NCBI RefSeq assembly: GCF_044647545.1
Contig: NZ_CP172818.1
Source of the DNA: Escherichia coli
Lineage (GTDB): Bacteria > Pseudomonadota > Gammaproteobacteria > Enterobacterales > Enterobacteriaceae
Length of the DNA stretch: 64,000 nt
Strand: one strand, 5' to 3'
A program made the position numbers and the translations under genes. How positions within the stretch are numbered: position 1 is the first letter of the stretch; each line of letters starts with the position of its first letter. Below, piece by piece: positions 44,504-56,330 of this stretch. The notes under the pieces were generated by a model that had not been told where the DNA came from, ran no database searches, and saw only the letters and a program-made list of their open reading frames with translations.

Positions 44504-46552
44504 TTACTTGACGGGAGCGGGTTGTTCCGCGGGTCTGGCTTTTTCAAGCTTCGCCAGATTGAGTGCGATATTCACCGTCTCATCCAGATAAGGATCTGGC
44601 TCCTGGTAATCTTTCGGTAGATCATCCAGTTTCTTCAACTCCGGTTTACCTTCGCGTTTAAAGCGTTCGTTCAAACGCGCCAGACGCGTCGCATCATCTT
44701 CATTATTCTCTTTCTCACGCACAGCGTAATTCAGAGAAACGATATTGCGCTTGTCCTTCATAGCGTTGAAGCGTGCGATATCCTTCATGATGTTCTGGAA
44801 CTCAGGATCTTTCGCGATACGCGCATTATGTTCCTTCAGCAGCTCCGGTTCAAAGGCCGTTAAATCTCCTGATTTCACATAAGTCGCGGCATCAATGCTA
44901 TCCCACGGCAGCGCGTTATCTTCGAATTTCTCACCCGTTTCCGTTTCTTCATTACCCGTCGGCATGATGATGTCTGGCGTTACGCCTTTACGTTGCGTAC
45001 TGCCGCCGTTAACGCGATAGAATTTCTGGATCGTGTACTGCACAGATCCCAGCGCTGGCCATTCAGGACGTAACATCTGATCGTAGATACGGTTCAATGA
45101 ACGGTATTGCTGAACGGTGCCTTTACCAAACGTCGGTTCACCCACAACCAGCGCACGACCGTAATCCTGCATTGCCGCGGCAAAGATTTCTGAAGCCGAA
45201 GCACTGAAACGGTCAACCAGTACCACCAGCGGGCCTTTATAGAAGACCTGTCCGTCGGTATCGCTGTCTTCACGAACTTTACCGTTGTTATCACGGACCT
45301 GAACAATCGGGCCGGATGGAATAAACAGACCGGAGAGCGATACCGCTTCGGTCAGCGCCCCACCACCATTGCTACGCAGGTCGATGATGACGCTGCTGAC
45401 ATTCTGTTTTTCCAGTTTCTGCAGTTGTACTTTGACATCATCTGTCAAACCCACATAGAAGCCAGGAATATCCAGCACGCCGACTTTCTCTTTACCAACG
45501 GTCTTCACCGACATTTTAACCGCGCGGTCTTCGAGACGAATACGTTCACGGGTCAACGTTACAGTACGGGTCTTGGTCCCTTTACCAGCAGGTAAAATTT
45601 CCAGACGAACTTTACTGCCCTTCGGCCCTTTAATTAAGGCAACCACATCATCAAGACGCCAGCCAATCACGTCAACCATCGGCTTGCCTGTTTGACCCAC
45701 ACCGACAATTTTGTCACCAACGCTGATAGCTTTGCTCTTCGCTGCCGGACCTCCTGCCACCATCGAATTGATAACGGTGTAGTCATCATCCATTTGCAGC
45801 ACTGCGCCAATACCTTCCAGCGACAAACTCATTTCAGTGTTGAACTGTTCGGTATTACGCGGGGAAAGATAGTTGGTATGCGGGTCGATTTCACGTGCAA
45901 ACGCCGTCATTGCCAGCGAGAAAACATCTTCGCTGTTGGTTTGCGCCAGACGACGAATGGCAAATTTGTAGCGGCGAGTCAGGGTTTCACGAATTTCTTT
46001 ATCCGTTTTTCCTGCCAGCTTCAAGCTTAACTCGTCGAATTTGACTTTACTGTCCCACAGCGCGTTCAACTCAGCCTCGTTTTTCGGCCAGGGCGCTTTG
46101 CTGCGGTCAAGGTTATAAGTGTCGTTGCCGGTGAAATCCATCGGCTTTTCCAGTACCGACAAAGCGTACTGGTAACGTTCAAAACGACGCTTTTGCGCCA
46201 GATTGTAGAGATCGTAGAAAACGTCGAGTTTGCCTGAACGCAGTTCATCGCCTAACTCGGTTTTCTTTTTCGCGAACTGTTCAACATCGCTTGCCAACAG
46301 CACGTTGTGGCTGTAATCGAGCAGATTCAGGTAGCGGTCAAAGATTTTGGCCGAAAATGCCTGATCGAGGTCGAACTGGCGATAATGAGAACGGGTGAAG
46401 CGCGACGTTACGCGCTCACTTACCGTCGCATGCTGCGTCTCTTCCTTTAATACCGGAATTTGATCAGCACGCGTGATATCTTCTACAGCGAAGGTCTGGC
46501 CTGCTATTGCAAGCAGGCTAGCTAACGCGGTAAGCCTAAAAAACATGTTCAT
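44504..46552 (-). CDS. prc: Tail-specific periplasmic protease Prc
   Basis: 682 aa from the Met at 46552 (MNMFFRLTALASLLAIA...); signal peptide, PDZ and S41 peptidase domains. Confidence 0.9.
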   Translation of the reverse strand: MNMFFRLTALASLLAIAGQTFAVEDITRADQIPVLKEETQHATVSERVTSRFTRSHYRQFDLDQAFSAKIFDRYLNLLDYSHNVLLASDVEQFAKKKTELGDELRSGKLDVFYDLYNLAQKRRFERYQYALSVLEKPMDFTGNDTYNLDRSKAPWPKNEAELNALWDSKVKFDELSLKLAGKTDKEIRETLTRRYKFAIRRLAQTNSEDVFSLAMTAFAREIDPHTNYLSPRNTEQFNTEMSLSLEGIGAVLQMDDDYTVINSMVAGGPAAKSKAISVGDKIVGVGQTGKPMVDVIGWRLDDVVALIKGPKGSKVRLEILPAGKGTKTRTVTLTRERIRLEDRAVKMSVKTVGKEKVGVLDIPGFYVGLTDDVKVQLQKLEKQNVSSVIIDLRSNGGGALTEAVSLSGLFIPSGPIVQVRDNNGKVREDSDTDGQVFYKGPLVVLVDRFSASASEIFAAAMQDYGRALVVGEPTFGKGTVQQYRSLNRIYDQMLRPEWPALGSVQYTIQKFYRVNGGSTQRKGVTPDIIMPTGNEETETGEKFEDNALPWDSIDAATYVKSGDLTAFEPELLKEHNARIAKDPEFQNIMKDIARFNAMKDKRNIVSLNYAVREKENNEDDATRLARLNERFKREGKPELKKLDDLPKDYQEPDPYLDETVNIALNLAKLEKARPAEQPAPVK

Positions 46553-46571
46553 GCCTGGCCCGGCCTCCGTT

Positions 46572-47270
46572 TCAGAACACCAGGTGTTCTGCGCGCACAA
46601 TCAAAGACATACCCGAATTCAGCTGGACGCGGACGCCGTCTTTGGTGATTTCTAATACGGTGGCATCCATCGCGTTTTGACCCGCTTTCACCTTTAGGGC
46701 TTGTCCGACAGTCAGAGCTGAAATGTCAGAAACCGGGGTGTGCTGTTCTTCGCGAGGTGCTTTTACTGTTTTTGGCGCTTTCTCTACCGGCTTTTGCGAA
46801 CGAGGTTTACGTTCAGCGCCTTCTTTGCGGCGTGGCGAGGTCGGACGTGGCTTGCGTTCGCGGCGCGGTGCGTCTTCTTTCTCACCAGCAGCTGCGGCAG
46901 CTTCGCGTTTTTTCGCTTGCTGTTCAGCACGCTGTGCCTGAACACGCGCTTTCGCTTCTTCAAGCTGCTTGCGAGCATGCTCGACATGTTGCTCGTCCAG
47001 CTCACCGCATGGGTTGCCGTCAAGATCGACACGCGTTGCGCCGGGTTTAACACCGTAAAGGTAACGCCAGCTCGAAGTGTAGAGACGTAAAGCGGATCGC
47101 AATTGCGTTTTGCTCAGGTTCATTTCCCCGGCAACACGATCGACCAAATCCTGAAAAATACCGATTTTCAGCGGACGCGCTTCACCTTCCGCACTGAAAC
47201 AGTGGGGAAAACGTTCGGCCAGAAACGCGATTACTTCTTTACTGCTATTCAACTTAGGTTGATTTTCCAT
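46572..47270 (-). CDS. proQ: RNA chaperone ProQ
   Basis: 232-aa ORF with FinO-like N-terminus and Ala/Lys/Arg-rich linker; 19 bp upstream of prc. Confidence 0.9.
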   Translation of the reverse strand: MENQPKLNSSKEVIAFLAERFPHCFSAEGEARPLKIGIFQDLVDRVAGEMNLSKTQLRSALRLYTSSWRYLYGVKPGATRVDLDGNPCGELDEQHVEHARKQLEEAKARVQAQRAEQQAKKREAAAAAGEKEDAPRRERKPRPTSPRRKEGAERKPRSQKPVEKAPKTVKAPREEQHTPVSDISALTVGQALKVKAGQNAMDATVLEITKDGVRVQLNSGMSLIVRAEHLVF

Positions 47271-47366
47271 GAAATTTCCTGATTACAACGGACGTAGCCA
47301 ACAAGCGCAGGCATGAACAGGCGTCATTATAATGACGCTATCAGTAAATGCTACGTTATCCGTTGA

Positions 47367-47864
47367 TTATCCTGCGACGCTCGCAAAGAATTTTTTGTAA
47401 TCCGTCGTTGCAAGCACCTTTTCAAGCTGTGCCACAAGCTGACGTAAGCCTTGCTCGTCCTCGTCTGTAAAGCGACCGAAGACGGTACTGTCGATGTCGA
47501 GAACACCAATAATCTGATTTTTCACCACCAGTGGCAGAACAATTTCAGAATTACTCGCCGCATCACAGGCAATATGCCCGTCAAACGCGTGAACATCCTC
47601 GATACGCTGCACTTGATTGCGGGCAACCGCAGTGCCGCATACGCCGCGCCCAACGGGTATCCGGACACAGGCAATTTTGCCCTGAAATGGTCCGAGCACC
47701 AGTGTATCGTCGTCAAGCAAATAAAAACCTGCCCAGTTTACGTCAGTGAGACGCTCATATAACAACGCACTGGTGTTCGCAAGCGTTGCCAGAAAACTGG
47801 TTTCTCCCGCCATCAGCGCGTTAAAGTCGCGATTTAAATCCGCGTAAAATTCTGCTTTGTTCAT
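47367..47864 (-). CDS. msrC: GAF-domain free methionine-(R)-sulfoxide reductase MsrC (YebR)
   Basis: 165 aa from the Met at 47864 (MNKAEFYADL...). Confidence 0.85.
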   Translation of the reverse strand: MNKAEFYADLNRDFNALMAGETSFLATLANTSALLYERLTDVNWAGFYLLDDDTLVLGPFQGKIACVRIPVGRGVCGTAVARNQVQRIEDVHAFDGHIACDAASNSEIVLPLVVKNQIIGVLDIDSTVFGRFTDEDEQGLRQLVAQLEKVLATTDYKKFFASVAG

Positions 47865-47993
47865 TATATAATCACTTGGTTGTCTTACCTGGAACTGCCA
47901 GCCTATTAAAATAAGCATTAAATGCGTTAATGCTCAAGATCATTCCCATCATGGGTTAAGATTAATGTTAATTCTTATTACATTTGGCACGTC

Positions 47994-49277
47994 ATGGCTC
48001 TTAACACACCACAAATTACGCCGACAAAAAAGATAACAGTGAGGGCTATCGGTGAGGAACTGCCGCATGGTGATTACCAACGTTGCCCGCAATGTGACAT
48101 GCTGTTTAGCCTGCCCGAGATAAATTCTCATCAAAGTGCCTATTGTCCGCGCTGTCAGGCAAAAATTCGTGACGGGCGCGACTGGTCGCTAACGCGCCTG
48201 GCGGCAATGGCGTTCGCTATGCTGTTGTTGATGCCGTTTGCCTGGGGCGAACCGCTGTTGCATATCTGGCTGTTAGGCATTCGTATTGACGCCAACGTTA
48301 TGCAAGGCATCTGGCAAATGACCAAACAGGGCGATGCGATAACGGGGTCGATGGTCTTTTTTTGCGTTATTGGTGCCCCCCTCATTCTGGTGACCTCCAT
48401 AGCTTATTTATGGTTTGGTAACCGACTGGGAATGAATTTACGTCCGGTACTACTGATGCTTGAACGACTTAAAGAGTGGGTAATGCTGGATATCTACCTG
48501 GTCGGCATTGGCGTTGCTTCTATAAAGGTACAGGATTATGCCCATATCCAGGCGGGTGTCGGCTTGTTCTCTTTTGTGGCGTTGGTGATTTTAACGACGG
48601 TGACGTTGTCACATCTTAATGTCGAAGAACTGTGGGAGCGATTTTATCCGCAGCGCCCCGCTACGCGAAGGGACGAGAAACTCCGTGTCTGTCTTGGGTG
48701 TCATTTTACCGGCTATCCTGATCAGCGTGGTCGCTGCCCGCGTTGCCATATCCCGCTACGCCTGCGTCGCCGTCATAGTCTGCAAAAATGCTGGGCGGCG
48801 CTGTTAGCGTCAATCGTTTTGTTGTTACCTGCCAACCTGTTGCCTATCTCTATCATTTATCTGAATGGTGGTCGGCAGGAAGATACGATTCTTTCCGGAA
48901 TTATGTCGCTGGCAAGTAGCAACATTGCGGTTGCGGGAATCGTGTTTATCGCCAGTATTCTGGTACCGTTTACTAAAGTGATCGTCATGTTCACTTTACT
49001 GTTGAGTATTCATTTTAAATGCCAGCAAGGTTTACGCACACGCATTCTGTTACTGCGGATGGTGACCTGGATTGGTCGCTGGTCGATGCTCGACCTGTTT
49101 GTCATATCTTTAACCATGTCGCTGATTAATCGCGATCAGATCCTCGCTTTTACTATGGGACCGGCTGCGTTTTATTTCGGCGCAGCGGTAATTTTGACTA
49201 TTCTTGCTGTGGAATGGCTGGACAGCCGCTTACTTTGGGATGCACATGAGTCAGGAAACGCCCGCTTCGACGACTGA
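47994..49277 (+). CDS. letA: PqiA-family inner-membrane protein LetA (YebS)
   Basis: 427-aa ORF with two zinc-ribbon-like CxxC pairs and TM segments. Confidence 0.85.
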   Translation: MALNTPQITPTKKITVRAIGEELPHGDYQRCPQCDMLFSLPEINSHQSAYCPRCQAKIRDGRDWSLTRLAAMAFAMLLLMPFAWGEPLLHIWLLGIRIDANVMQGIWQMTKQGDAITGSMVFFCVIGAPLILVTSIAYLWFGNRLGMNLRPVLLMLERLKEWVMLDIYLVGIGVASIKVQDYAHIQAGVGLFSFVALVILTTVTLSHLNVEELWERFYPQRPATRRDEKLRVCLGCHFTGYPDQRGRCPRCHIPLRLRRRHSLQKCWAALLASIVLLLPANLLPISIIYLNGGRQEDTILSGIMSLASSNIAVAGIVFIASILVPFTKVIVMFTLLLSIHFKCQQGLRTRILLLRMVTWIGRWSMLDLFVISLTMSLINRDQILAFTMGPAAFYFGAAVILTILAVEWLDSRLLWDAHESGNARFDD

Positions 49278-51879
49278 AGCGCAGATTAAAAATAAACGCC
49301 GTATCTCACCTTTCTGGCTGCTGCCGTTCATCGCGCTAATGATTGCCGGTTGGCTGATTTGGGACAGTTATCAGGACCGGGGTAATACCGTCACCATCGA
49401 CTTTATGTCGGCGGATGGTATTGTCCCGGGCCGCACCCCTGTTCGTTATCAGGGCGTTGAAGTCGGAACTGTGCAGGATATCAGCCTCAGCGACGATCTT
49501 CGTAAGATTGAAGTCAAGGTCAGCATCAAGTCTGATATGAAAGATGCGCTGCGCGAAGAGACACAGTTCTGGCTGGTGACGCCAAAGGCCTCGCTGGCAG
49601 GTGTCTCCGGGCTGGACGCCCTCGTCGGTGGTAATTATATCGGCATGATGCCGGGTAAAGGTAAAGAGCAGGATCACTTTGTCGCACTCGACACCCAACC
49701 GAAATATCGGCTGGACAATGGCGATCTGATGATCCACCTGCAAGCCCCCGATCTCGGTTCACTGAGCAGTGGTTCATTGGTCTATTTCCGCAAGATCCCG
49801 GTGGGTAAAGTCTACGACTATGCCATCAATCCCAACAAGCAAGGCGTGGTGATTGATGTCCTGATCGAGCGGCGTTTTACCGATCTGGTGAAAAAAGGTA
49901 GCCGTTTCTGGAACGTTTCCGGCGTTGATGCCAACGTCAGTATCAGTGGCGCGAAGGTGAAACTGGAAAGTCTGGCGGCACTGGTTAACGGTGCGATTGC
50001 CTTCGATTCACCTGAAGAGTCGAAACCTGCCGAGGCGGAAGATACCTTTGGTCTGTATGAAGACCTGGCCCATAGCCAACGTGGCGTAATAATAAAACTG
50101 GAACTGCCAGGCGGTGCCGGATTAACCGCCGACTCGACGCCGTTAATGTATCAGGGGCTGGAAGTCGGACAGCTAACTAAACTGGATTTAAATCCTGGTG
50201 GTAAAGTCACTGGGGAAATGACCGTTGATCCCAGCGTCGTTACCCTGCTTCGTGAAAATACCCGCATCGAATTACGCAACCCGAAATTATCCCTTAGCGA
50301 TGCCAATCTCAGCGCCCTGCTGACTGGCAAAACCTTCGAGTTGGTGCCCGGCGATGGCGAGCCACGCAAAGAGTTCGTTGTTGTGCCAGGCGAAAAAGCA
50401 CTGCTGCATGAACCTGATGTTCTGACACTGACCCTGACAGCACCGGAAAGTTACGGTATTGATGCTGGTCAGCCGCTCATTCTTCACGGCGTGCAGGTAG
50501 GCCAGGTTATTGATCGTAAACTCACCAGCAAAGGCGTCACCTTTACCGTCGCCATCGAGCCTCAGCATCGAGAACTGGTAAAAGGCGATAGCAAATTTGT
50601 CGTCAACAGCCGTGTCGACGTGAAGGTGGGGCTGGATGGCGTTGAGTTTCTCGGAGCCAGCGCCTCAGAATGGATTAATGGCGGGATACGTATTCTGCCG
50701 GGCGATAAAGGCGAGATGAAAGCCAGCTATCCACTGTATGCCAATCTGGAAAAAGCGCTGGAGAACAGCCTTAGCGATTTACCCACCACAACCGTGAGTT
50801 TGAGTGCAGAGACGCTGCCGGATGTGCAGGCAGGATCGGTAGTGCTGTACCGTAAATTTGAAGTTGGTGAAGTTATTACCGTGCGTCCGCGAGCTAACGC
50901 GTTTGATATCGATCTGCATATTAAGCCGGAGTATCGCAACCTTCTGACCAGCAATAGCGTGTTCTGGGCAGAAGGCGGGGCGAAAGTTCAGCTGAATGGT
51001 AGTGGCCTGACCGTACAGGCATCCCCGCTCTCCAGAGCATTAAAGGGAGCCATTAGCTTCGATAACCTCAGCGGTGCCAGCGCCAGTCAGCGTAAAGGCG
51101 ACAAACGTATTCTGTATGCTTCCGAAACAGCGGCCCGTGCGGTTGGCGGGCAGATTACGCTTCACGCTTTCGATGCCGGAAAACTGGCGGTCGGGATGCC
51201 AATTCGCTATCTCGGTATTGATATCGGGCAAATCCAGACGCTGGATCTGATTACCGCGCGCAATGAAGTGCAGGCAAAAGCGGTGCTCTATCCGGAGTAT
51301 GTCCAGACCTTCGCCCGCGGCGGTACGCGCTTCTCGGTGGTCACACCGCAAATTTCAGCCGCGGGCGTTGAGCATCTTGATACCATCCTCCAGCCGTATA
51401 TCAACGTCGAACCAGGTCGGGGTAATCCTCACCGCGACTTTGAGTTGCAAGAAGCCACCATTACTGATTCGCGTTACCTGGATGGCTTAAGCATTATTGT
51501 TGAAGCGCCTGAAGCCGGTTCGTTAGGTATTGGTACGCCTGTGCTGTTCCGTGGTCTGGAAGTCGGTACGGTTACCGGAATGACGCTGGGGACATTGTCT
51601 GATCGCGTGATGATTGCGATGCGCATCAGTAAACGCTATCAACACCTGGTGCGCAACAATTCCGTCTTCTGGTTGGCATCAGGTTACAGTCTGGACTTTG
51701 GTCTGACGGGCGGCGTAGTGAAAACCGGCACCTTTAACCAATTTATCCGTGGCGGCATCGCCTTCGCCACGCCTCCGGGTACGCCACTGGCACCGAAAGC
51801 CCAGGAAGGCAAGCACTTCCTGTTGCAGGAAAGTGAACCGAAAGAGTGGCGTGAATGGGGAACAGCGCTTCCCAAATAA
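49246..51879 (+). CDS. letB: Multi-MCE-domain periplasm-spanning lipid transport protein LetB (YebT)
   Basis: 877 aa from the Met at 49246; N-terminal TM helix followed by repeated MCE-like modules; overlaps letA by 32 bp. Confidence 0.85.
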   Translation: MSQETPASTTEAQIKNKRRISPFWLLPFIALMIAGWLIWDSYQDRGNTVTIDFMSADGIVPGRTPVRYQGVEVGTVQDISLSDDLRKIEVKVSIKSDMKDALREETQFWLVTPKASLAGVSGLDALVGGNYIGMMPGKGKEQDHFVALDTQPKYRLDNGDLMIHLQAPDLGSLSSGSLVYFRKIPVGKVYDYAINPNKQGVVIDVLIERRFTDLVKKGSRFWNVSGVDANVSISGAKVKLESLAALVNGAIAFDSPEESKPAEAEDTFGLYEDLAHSQRGVIIKLELPGGAGLTADSTPLMYQGLEVGQLTKLDLNPGGKVTGEMTVDPSVVTLLRENTRIELRNPKLSLSDANLSALLTGKTFELVPGDGEPRKEFVVVPGEKALLHEPDVLTLTLTAPESYGIDAGQPLILHGVQVGQVIDRKLTSKGVTFTVAIEPQHRELVKGDSKFVVNSRVDVKVGLDGVEFLGASASEWINGGIRILPGDKGEMKASYPLYANLEKALENSLSDLPTTTVSLSAETLPDVQAGSVVLYRKFEVGEVITVRPRANAFDIDLHIKPEYRNLLTSNSVFWAEGGAKVQLNGSGLTVQASPLSRALKGAISFDNLSGASASQRKGDKRILYASETAARAVGGQITLHAFDAGKLAVGMPIRYLGIDIGQIQTLDLITARNEVQAKAVLYPEYVQTFARGGTRFSVVTPQISAAGVEHLDTILQPYINVEPGRGNPHRDFELQEATITDSRYLDGLSIIVEAPEAGSLGIGTPVLFRGLEVGTVTGMTLGTLSDRVMIAMRISKRYQHLVRNNSVFWLASGYSLDFGLTGGVVKTGTFNQFIRGGIAFATPPGTPLAPKAQEGKHFLLQESEPKEWREWGTALPK

Positions 51880-51952
51880 TGCCCACTGCTCCGGCGTGCC
51901 TGCGCCGGAGCGTTTATGCTAAACTGCGCGCCTGTTTTTTTGCCAGTGGTAC

Positions 51953-53398
51953 ATGCTCGTGGCCCAACACACCGTTTATTTCCCGGACGCCTTTCTGACA
52001 CAAATGCGCGAAGCAATGCCTTCGACGCTCTCATTTGATGATTTTCTTGCCGCCTGTCAGCGCCCGTTGCGCCGCAGTATTCGCGTTAATACGCTGAAAA
52101 TCTCCGTTGCTGATTTCCTGCAATTAACCGCCCCTTATGGCTGGACGCTTACGCCAATTCCGTGGTGTGAAGAAGGTTTCTGGATTGAACGCGACAATGA
52201 AGATGCATTGCCGTTGGGTAGTACCGCCGAGCATTTAAGTGGCCTGTTTTATATTCAGGAAGCCAGTTCAATGTTGCCCGTCGCCGCCTTGTTTGCTGAC
52301 GGTAATGCACCACAGCGGGTGATGGATGTCGCTGCCGCGCCCGGCTCCAAAACGACGCAAATTGCCGCGCGGATGAATAACGAAGGGGCGATCCTTGCCA
52401 ATGAGTTTTCCGCCAGTCGGGTAAAAGTGTTACATGCCAATATCAGCCGCTGTGGCATCAGTAATGTTGCGCTCACACATTTTGATGGCCGCGTGTTTGG
52501 TGCGGCATTGCCAGAAATGTTCGATGCCATTTTGCTGGACGCTCCCTGCTCCGGCGAAGGCGTGGTGCGTAAAGATCCCGATGCGCTAAAAAACTGGTCA
52601 CCAGAAAGCAATCAGGAAATCGCAGCGACCCAACGGGAACTGATCGACAGCGCCTTTCATGCATTACGCCCTGGCGGTACGCTGGTTTACTCGACCTGTA
52701 CCTTAAACAGGGAAGAAAACGAAGCCGTTTGCCTGTGGCTGAAAGAGACTTACCCCGACGCAGTAGAGTTTTTACCGCTTGGCGATCTCTTCCCTGGTGC
52801 AAATAAGGCGCTGACCGAAGAAGGCTTTTTGCATGTTTTCCCACAAATTTACGACTGCGAAGGCTTCTTCGTTGCTCGTCTGCGTAAAACTCAGGCGATC
52901 CCCGTCTTACCCGCCCCAAAATACAAAGTGGGCAATTTCCCGTTTAGCCCGGTGAAAGATCGCGAAGCCAGTCAAATTCGTCAGGCGGCTGCAAGTGTTG
53001 GCTTAAACTGGGATGGAAACCTGCGACTCTGGCAACGCGACAAAGAACTGTGGTTGTTCCCGGTAGGCATTGAAGCCCTGATCGGTAAAGTCCGATTTTC
53101 TCGGTTGGGGATTAAACTTGCCGAAACGCATAACAAAGGTTATCGCTGGCAGCATGAAGCGGTTATTGCCCTTGCCTCCCCCGACAATGTGAACGCTTTT
53201 GAACTGACACCGCAGGAAGCGGAAGAGTGGTATCGCGGGCGCGATGTTTACCCGCAAGCCGCGCCAGTAGCGGATGATGTATTGGTTACTTTCCAGCATC
53301 AGCCGATTGGTTTAGCCAAACGAATTGGTTCGCGACTGAAAAACAGCTACCCGCGTGAACTGGTGCGAGACGGGAAACTTTTTACCGGTAACGCCTGA
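51953..53398 (+). CDS. rsmF: 16S rRNA m5C1407 methyltransferase RsmF
   Basis: About 480-aa ORF with NOL1/NOP2/Sun-type SAM motifs ([16 protein letters not shown]). Confidence 0.9.
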   Translation: MLVAQHTVYFPDAFLTQMREAMPSTLSFDDFLAACQRPLRRSIRVNTLKISVADFLQLTAPYGWTLTPIPWCEEGFWIERDNEDALPLGSTAEHLSGLFYIQEASSMLPVAALFADGNAPQRVMDVAAAPGSKTTQIAARMNNEGAILANEFSASRVKVLHANISRCGISNVALTHFDGRVFGAALPEMFDAILLDAPCSGEGVVRKDPDALKNWSPESNQEIAATQRELIDSAFHALRPGGTLVYSTCTLNREENEAVCLWLKETYPDAVEFLPLGDLFPGANKALTEEGFLHVFPQIYDCEGFFVARLRKTQAIPVLPAPKYKVGNFPFSPVKDREASQIRQAAASVGLNWDGNLRLWQRDKELWLFPVGIEALIGKVRFSRLGIKLAETHNKGYRWQHEAVIALASPDNVNAFELTPQEAEEWYRGRDVYPQAAPVADDVLVTFQHQPIGLAKRIGSRLKNSYPRELVRDGKLFTGNA

Positions 53399-53515
53399 CA
53401 GCGCACAAAAAAAGCGCACTTTTTGACTGGCACATTCGGCTGCCTCAACTAGGCTGAAAAATGGTGCGATCGGACTGGTCGTACCACAATCGGCAGCTAA
53501 ATGGAGAGCACGAAG

Positions 53516-53752
53516 ATGAAAACCAGTGTGCGCATAGGCGCTTTTGAAATCGACGACGGCGAATTACACGGCGAATCGCCGGGTGATCGAACGTTAACCA
53601 TTCCTTGTAAATCAGACCCCGATTTATGTATGCAACTGGATGCCTGGGATGCTGAAACCAGTATCCCTGCCCTGCTAAATGGCGAACACTCTGTCCTTTA
53701 CCGTACCCGTTACGATCAACAATCTGATGCCTGGATTATGCGTCTTGCCTGA
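53516..53752 (+). CDS. yebV: Small protein YebV
   Basis: 78 aa from the Met at 53516 (MKTSVRIGAF...). Confidence 0.75.
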   Translation: MKTSVRIGAFEIDDGELHGESPGDRTLTIPCKSDPDLCMQLDAWDAETSIPALLNGEHSVLYRTRYDQQSDAWIMRLA

Positions 53753-53856
53753 TCCAAAAAGAACCCGTCGGCATGGCGGGTTATTTGTCCTGGTTATTCC
53801 CCCGTTGTAAAATCTCACCTAAACTTAACGGTACGGCACCACACTTCGGGGATGAA

Positions 53857-54048
53857 ATGTTCGCGCTGGTACTTTTTGTTTGCTACCTGGATGGCGGTTG
53901 TGAAGATATTGTTGTGGATGTCTACAACACGGAACAGCAGTGTCTTTATTCTATGAGCGATCAACGGATCCGCCATGGCGGTTGTTTTCCGATTGAGGAT
54001 TTTATAGATGGTTTCTGGCGACCTGCACAGGAATACGGTGATTTTTAA
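53857..54048 (+). CDS. yebW: Small protein YebW
   Basis: 63 aa from the internal Met (MFALVLFVCYLDGG...). Confidence 0.7.
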   Translation: MFALVLFVCYLDGGCEDIVVDVYNTEQQCLYSMSDQRIRHGGCFPIEDFIDGFWRPAQEYGDF

Positions 54049-54705
54049 TTATTGCAATTGCACAACAGTCAGTTCGCCCCCAAAGACAGCACCGGTATCA
54101 ATATAATGCAGGTTGCCAATATCCACGCGATGGCGCAACGGTGTATGACCAAACCAGAAATGATCAGCACCTGTAATTCCCTGCCCTTTTTGGCGTTCAC
54201 CTAATCGCGAGCGGCTCCACAAGACCTGATGCAAATCAACGTCCTTTTGCCATTCATAAACATCATCCGGATAATCGGCATGGGCAATAACATGTTTGCC
54301 GGTGCGACTGTGTACTTCAAGAATAAAGGGCAAATACTGACATTTTTCCAGCGCCGTTTTCGCTTGTTTCTGTTGATAATCTGCCAGCGCAATAAACCAG
54401 TCGCCGCCATTCATCAACCATAAAGACATCTGCCGGGATGCCAGCGCATCCATCGCCATCTGTTCATGATTGCCTCTTACCGCACGAACCCAATGTTGTT
54501 CCAGTAACTGCAGGCAACGTAAACTTTGCGGCCCACGATCGATAACGTCTCCCACTGAGATAAGTAAATCTCGCCACGGATCAAAACGACAATGCCATAA
54601 TTTGCGGCGCAACTGCTCAAGACAACCGTGTATATCGCCTGAAAGCCAGATATGTCGCCATTGATGACCCGCAATTCTCTGATAAACGGGCGCAGGCTGT
54701 TTCAT
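54049..54705 (-). CDS. pphA: Ser/Thr protein phosphatase 1 (PPP family) PphA/PrpA
   Basis: About 218-aa ORF with metallophosphatase motifs (GDIHG, GDVIDRG, GNHE). Confidence 0.85.
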   Translation of the reverse strand: MKQPAPVYQRIAGHQWRHIWLSGDIHGCLEQLRRKLWHCRFDPWRDLLISVGDVIDRGPQSLRCLQLLEQHWVRAVRGNHEQMAMDALASRQMSLWLMNGGDWFIALADYQQKQAKTALEKCQYLPFILEVHSRTGKHVIAHADYPDDVYEWQKDVDLHQVLWSRSRLGERQKGQGITGADHFWFGHTPLRHRVDIGNLHYIDTGAVFGGELTVVQLQ

Positions 54706-54799
54706 CAATATTTTCCTCCCGCGCTAAAGATCACATAATCTTAACAAGAATGTTAAAAAACGCTGGACTCAGACAGTAGAGTGTGTGTTATGGTTGACT

Positions 54800-55072
54800 A
54801 TAAAGTCAGCGAAGGGAATGCTTCTGGCTTTTAACAGATAAAAAGAGACCGAACACGATTCCTGTATTCGGTCCAGGGAAATGGCTCTTGGGAGAGAGCC
54901 GTGCGCTAAAAGTTGGCATTAATGCAGGCTTAGTTGCCTTGCCCTTTAAGAATAGATGACGACGCCAGGTTTTCCAGTTTGCGTGCAAAATGGTCAATAA
55001 AAAGCGCGGTGGTCATCAGCTTAAATGTTAAAAACCGCCCGTTCTGGTGAAAGAACTGAGGCGGTTTTTTTA
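54800..55072 (+). ncRNA. ryeA: sRNA RyeA (SraC), antisense to SdsR (5' end not determined)
   Basis: Plus-strand terminator at about 55032-55072 (CCGCC...GGCGG then T7) downstream of the SdsR locus, consistent with the known cis-antisense arrangement. Confidence 0.35.
54840..54942 (-). ncRNA. sdsR: sRNA SdsR (RyeB)
   Basis: Minus strand reads GCAAGGCAACTAAGCCTGCATTAATGCCAACTTTTAGCGCACGGCTCTCTCCCAAGAGCCATTTCCCTGGACCGAATACAGGAATCGTGTTCGGTCTCTTTTT, matching the remembered SdsR sequence including terminator hairpin and U-tail; boundaries within a few nt. Confidence 0.65.
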
Positions 55073-55100
55073 TTGGAAATCAAAAGGCTATTTTAGGTAA

Positions 55101-55442
55101 TTAACAGAGTTTTTCAGCTCGTTCTATAAACGGTGCCAGACTCATTTTTTCGCCGGGATTGTTAGGATCATCAATCTGAATCACCGAAATGGGTTGGGCT
55201 TTAGTCTTCCCACTGGCAACTTCCTTTTGTGCGATATCGTTTAAAGGATACTGCACGAGGGTACTTGGGTTAATGACATACAAAGCATTACCTGGTCGGC
55301 AAGTCAGCATCACCTCTTCGCGATTAAACGCCCATTTGTCTTTACCCACTTCAAAACGGCTGACGGTAATCACCTGCGGTGCAGCCAGCGCCGCTGCAGA
55401 ACTGGTGAGTAACAGAAACGCCAGAATACTTTTTTTCATCAT
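55101..55442 (-). CDS. yebY: DUF2511 periplasmic protein YebY
   Basis: 113-aa ORF with signal peptide; last gene of yobA-yebZ-yebY. Confidence 0.85.
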   Translation of the reverse strand: MMKKSILAFLLLTSSAAALAAPQVITVSRFEVGKDKWAFNREEVMLTCRPGNALYVINPSTLVQYPLNDIAQKEVASGKTKAQPISVIQIDDPNNPGEKMSLAPFIERAEKLC

Positions 55443-55454
55443 TTTCGTAATCCA

Positions 55455-56327
55455 TCAAAAAGGTTCGAGAGTCGCAAGCAGGCTGATGATCACCAGCACT
55501 ACCGCACCTATCGCCCATTCGAGTTTAGTCATCCACACAAACCAGGGTGCCGCACGATCTTCATCCTGCCTCATGCGCGGTACAAGAACATAACGATTAG
55601 CCAGCGCGATGACCACCATAATCATCACCAGGATGGCTTTGAGCAATAAGAGTTGGCCCCAGTAAGTCGTAAGCGTGGGGGGAAATCCGGTAATCAACAA
55701 TGCATTAAGCACGCCGCTTGCCAGTACGCCGATCACCGCAAAATGCCCGCACCAGGAAAAACGCATCAGCGCCTGAATAGCCTGGTATCGCCAACGGCCT
55801 TTGATGAGTTGCATACACCAGAGCACCGGCAGTAATCCCCCAAACCACGCCGCCGCACAAATCAGGTGAATCGCGTGATTAGTCTGATGGATTTTCGCCG
55901 TTACCCCTTCATTCAGCGTCGCATGCCCGACTCCCGCCAGCAGAAAAAATTGCGCGGTAGTGAGCATAAACAGCAAAAGTGGCATATTCCGCGGTTGCAT
56001 AAGGGCGACGATCAACGTTACGAGGGCGAGAACAATTTGCCATAACCAGACGCCACCAAACTGCGTTTGCAAAACAGCCTGCCAAATGTTTGGCGAAAAT
56101 ACATCTGACCATCCCGTTCCCATCAACCCGCCCTGAACGGCGAGCATTGCAGTGGCACTGATCAAACTCCAGACGGCAGCGTGCTGTTGTAAACGCAGAA
56201 AACGCTTCGTCAGCAAGCGACGAATCGTTAAGGGGGCCAGCCAGGCACCGTACATTGCGAAGCCAAAAACCAGCATCAGCGAGGTGAAATGGATAAATCG
56301 CAGCGCGATCCAGGTAAACGCCAGCAT
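55455..56327 (-). CDS. yebZ: CopD-family inner-membrane protein YebZ
   Basis: 290-aa, roughly 8-TM ORF. Confidence 0.85.
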   Translation of the reverse strand: MLAFTWIALRFIHFTSLMLVFGFAMYGAWLAPLTIRRLLTKRFLRLQQHAAVWSLISATAMLAVQGGLMGTGWSDVFSPNIWQAVLQTQFGGVWLWQIVLALVTLIVALMQPRNMPLLLFMLTTAQFFLLAGVGHATLNEGVTAKIHQTNHAIHLICAAAWFGGLLPVLWCMQLIKGRWRYQAIQALMRFSWCGHFAVIGVLASGVLNALLITGFPPTLTTYWGQLLLLKAILVMIMVVIALANRYVLVPRMRQDEDRAAPWFVWMTKLEWAIGAVVLVIISLLATLEPF

Positions 56328-56330
56328 GAT

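Noticed and set aside
46723-47090. Cluster of overlapping ORFs in both orientations inside proQ
   Set aside because: They arise from the repetitive Ala/Lys/Arg-rich linker of ProQ, which leaves several frames open by chance; the ProQ frame is the only one with a recognisable domain architecture.
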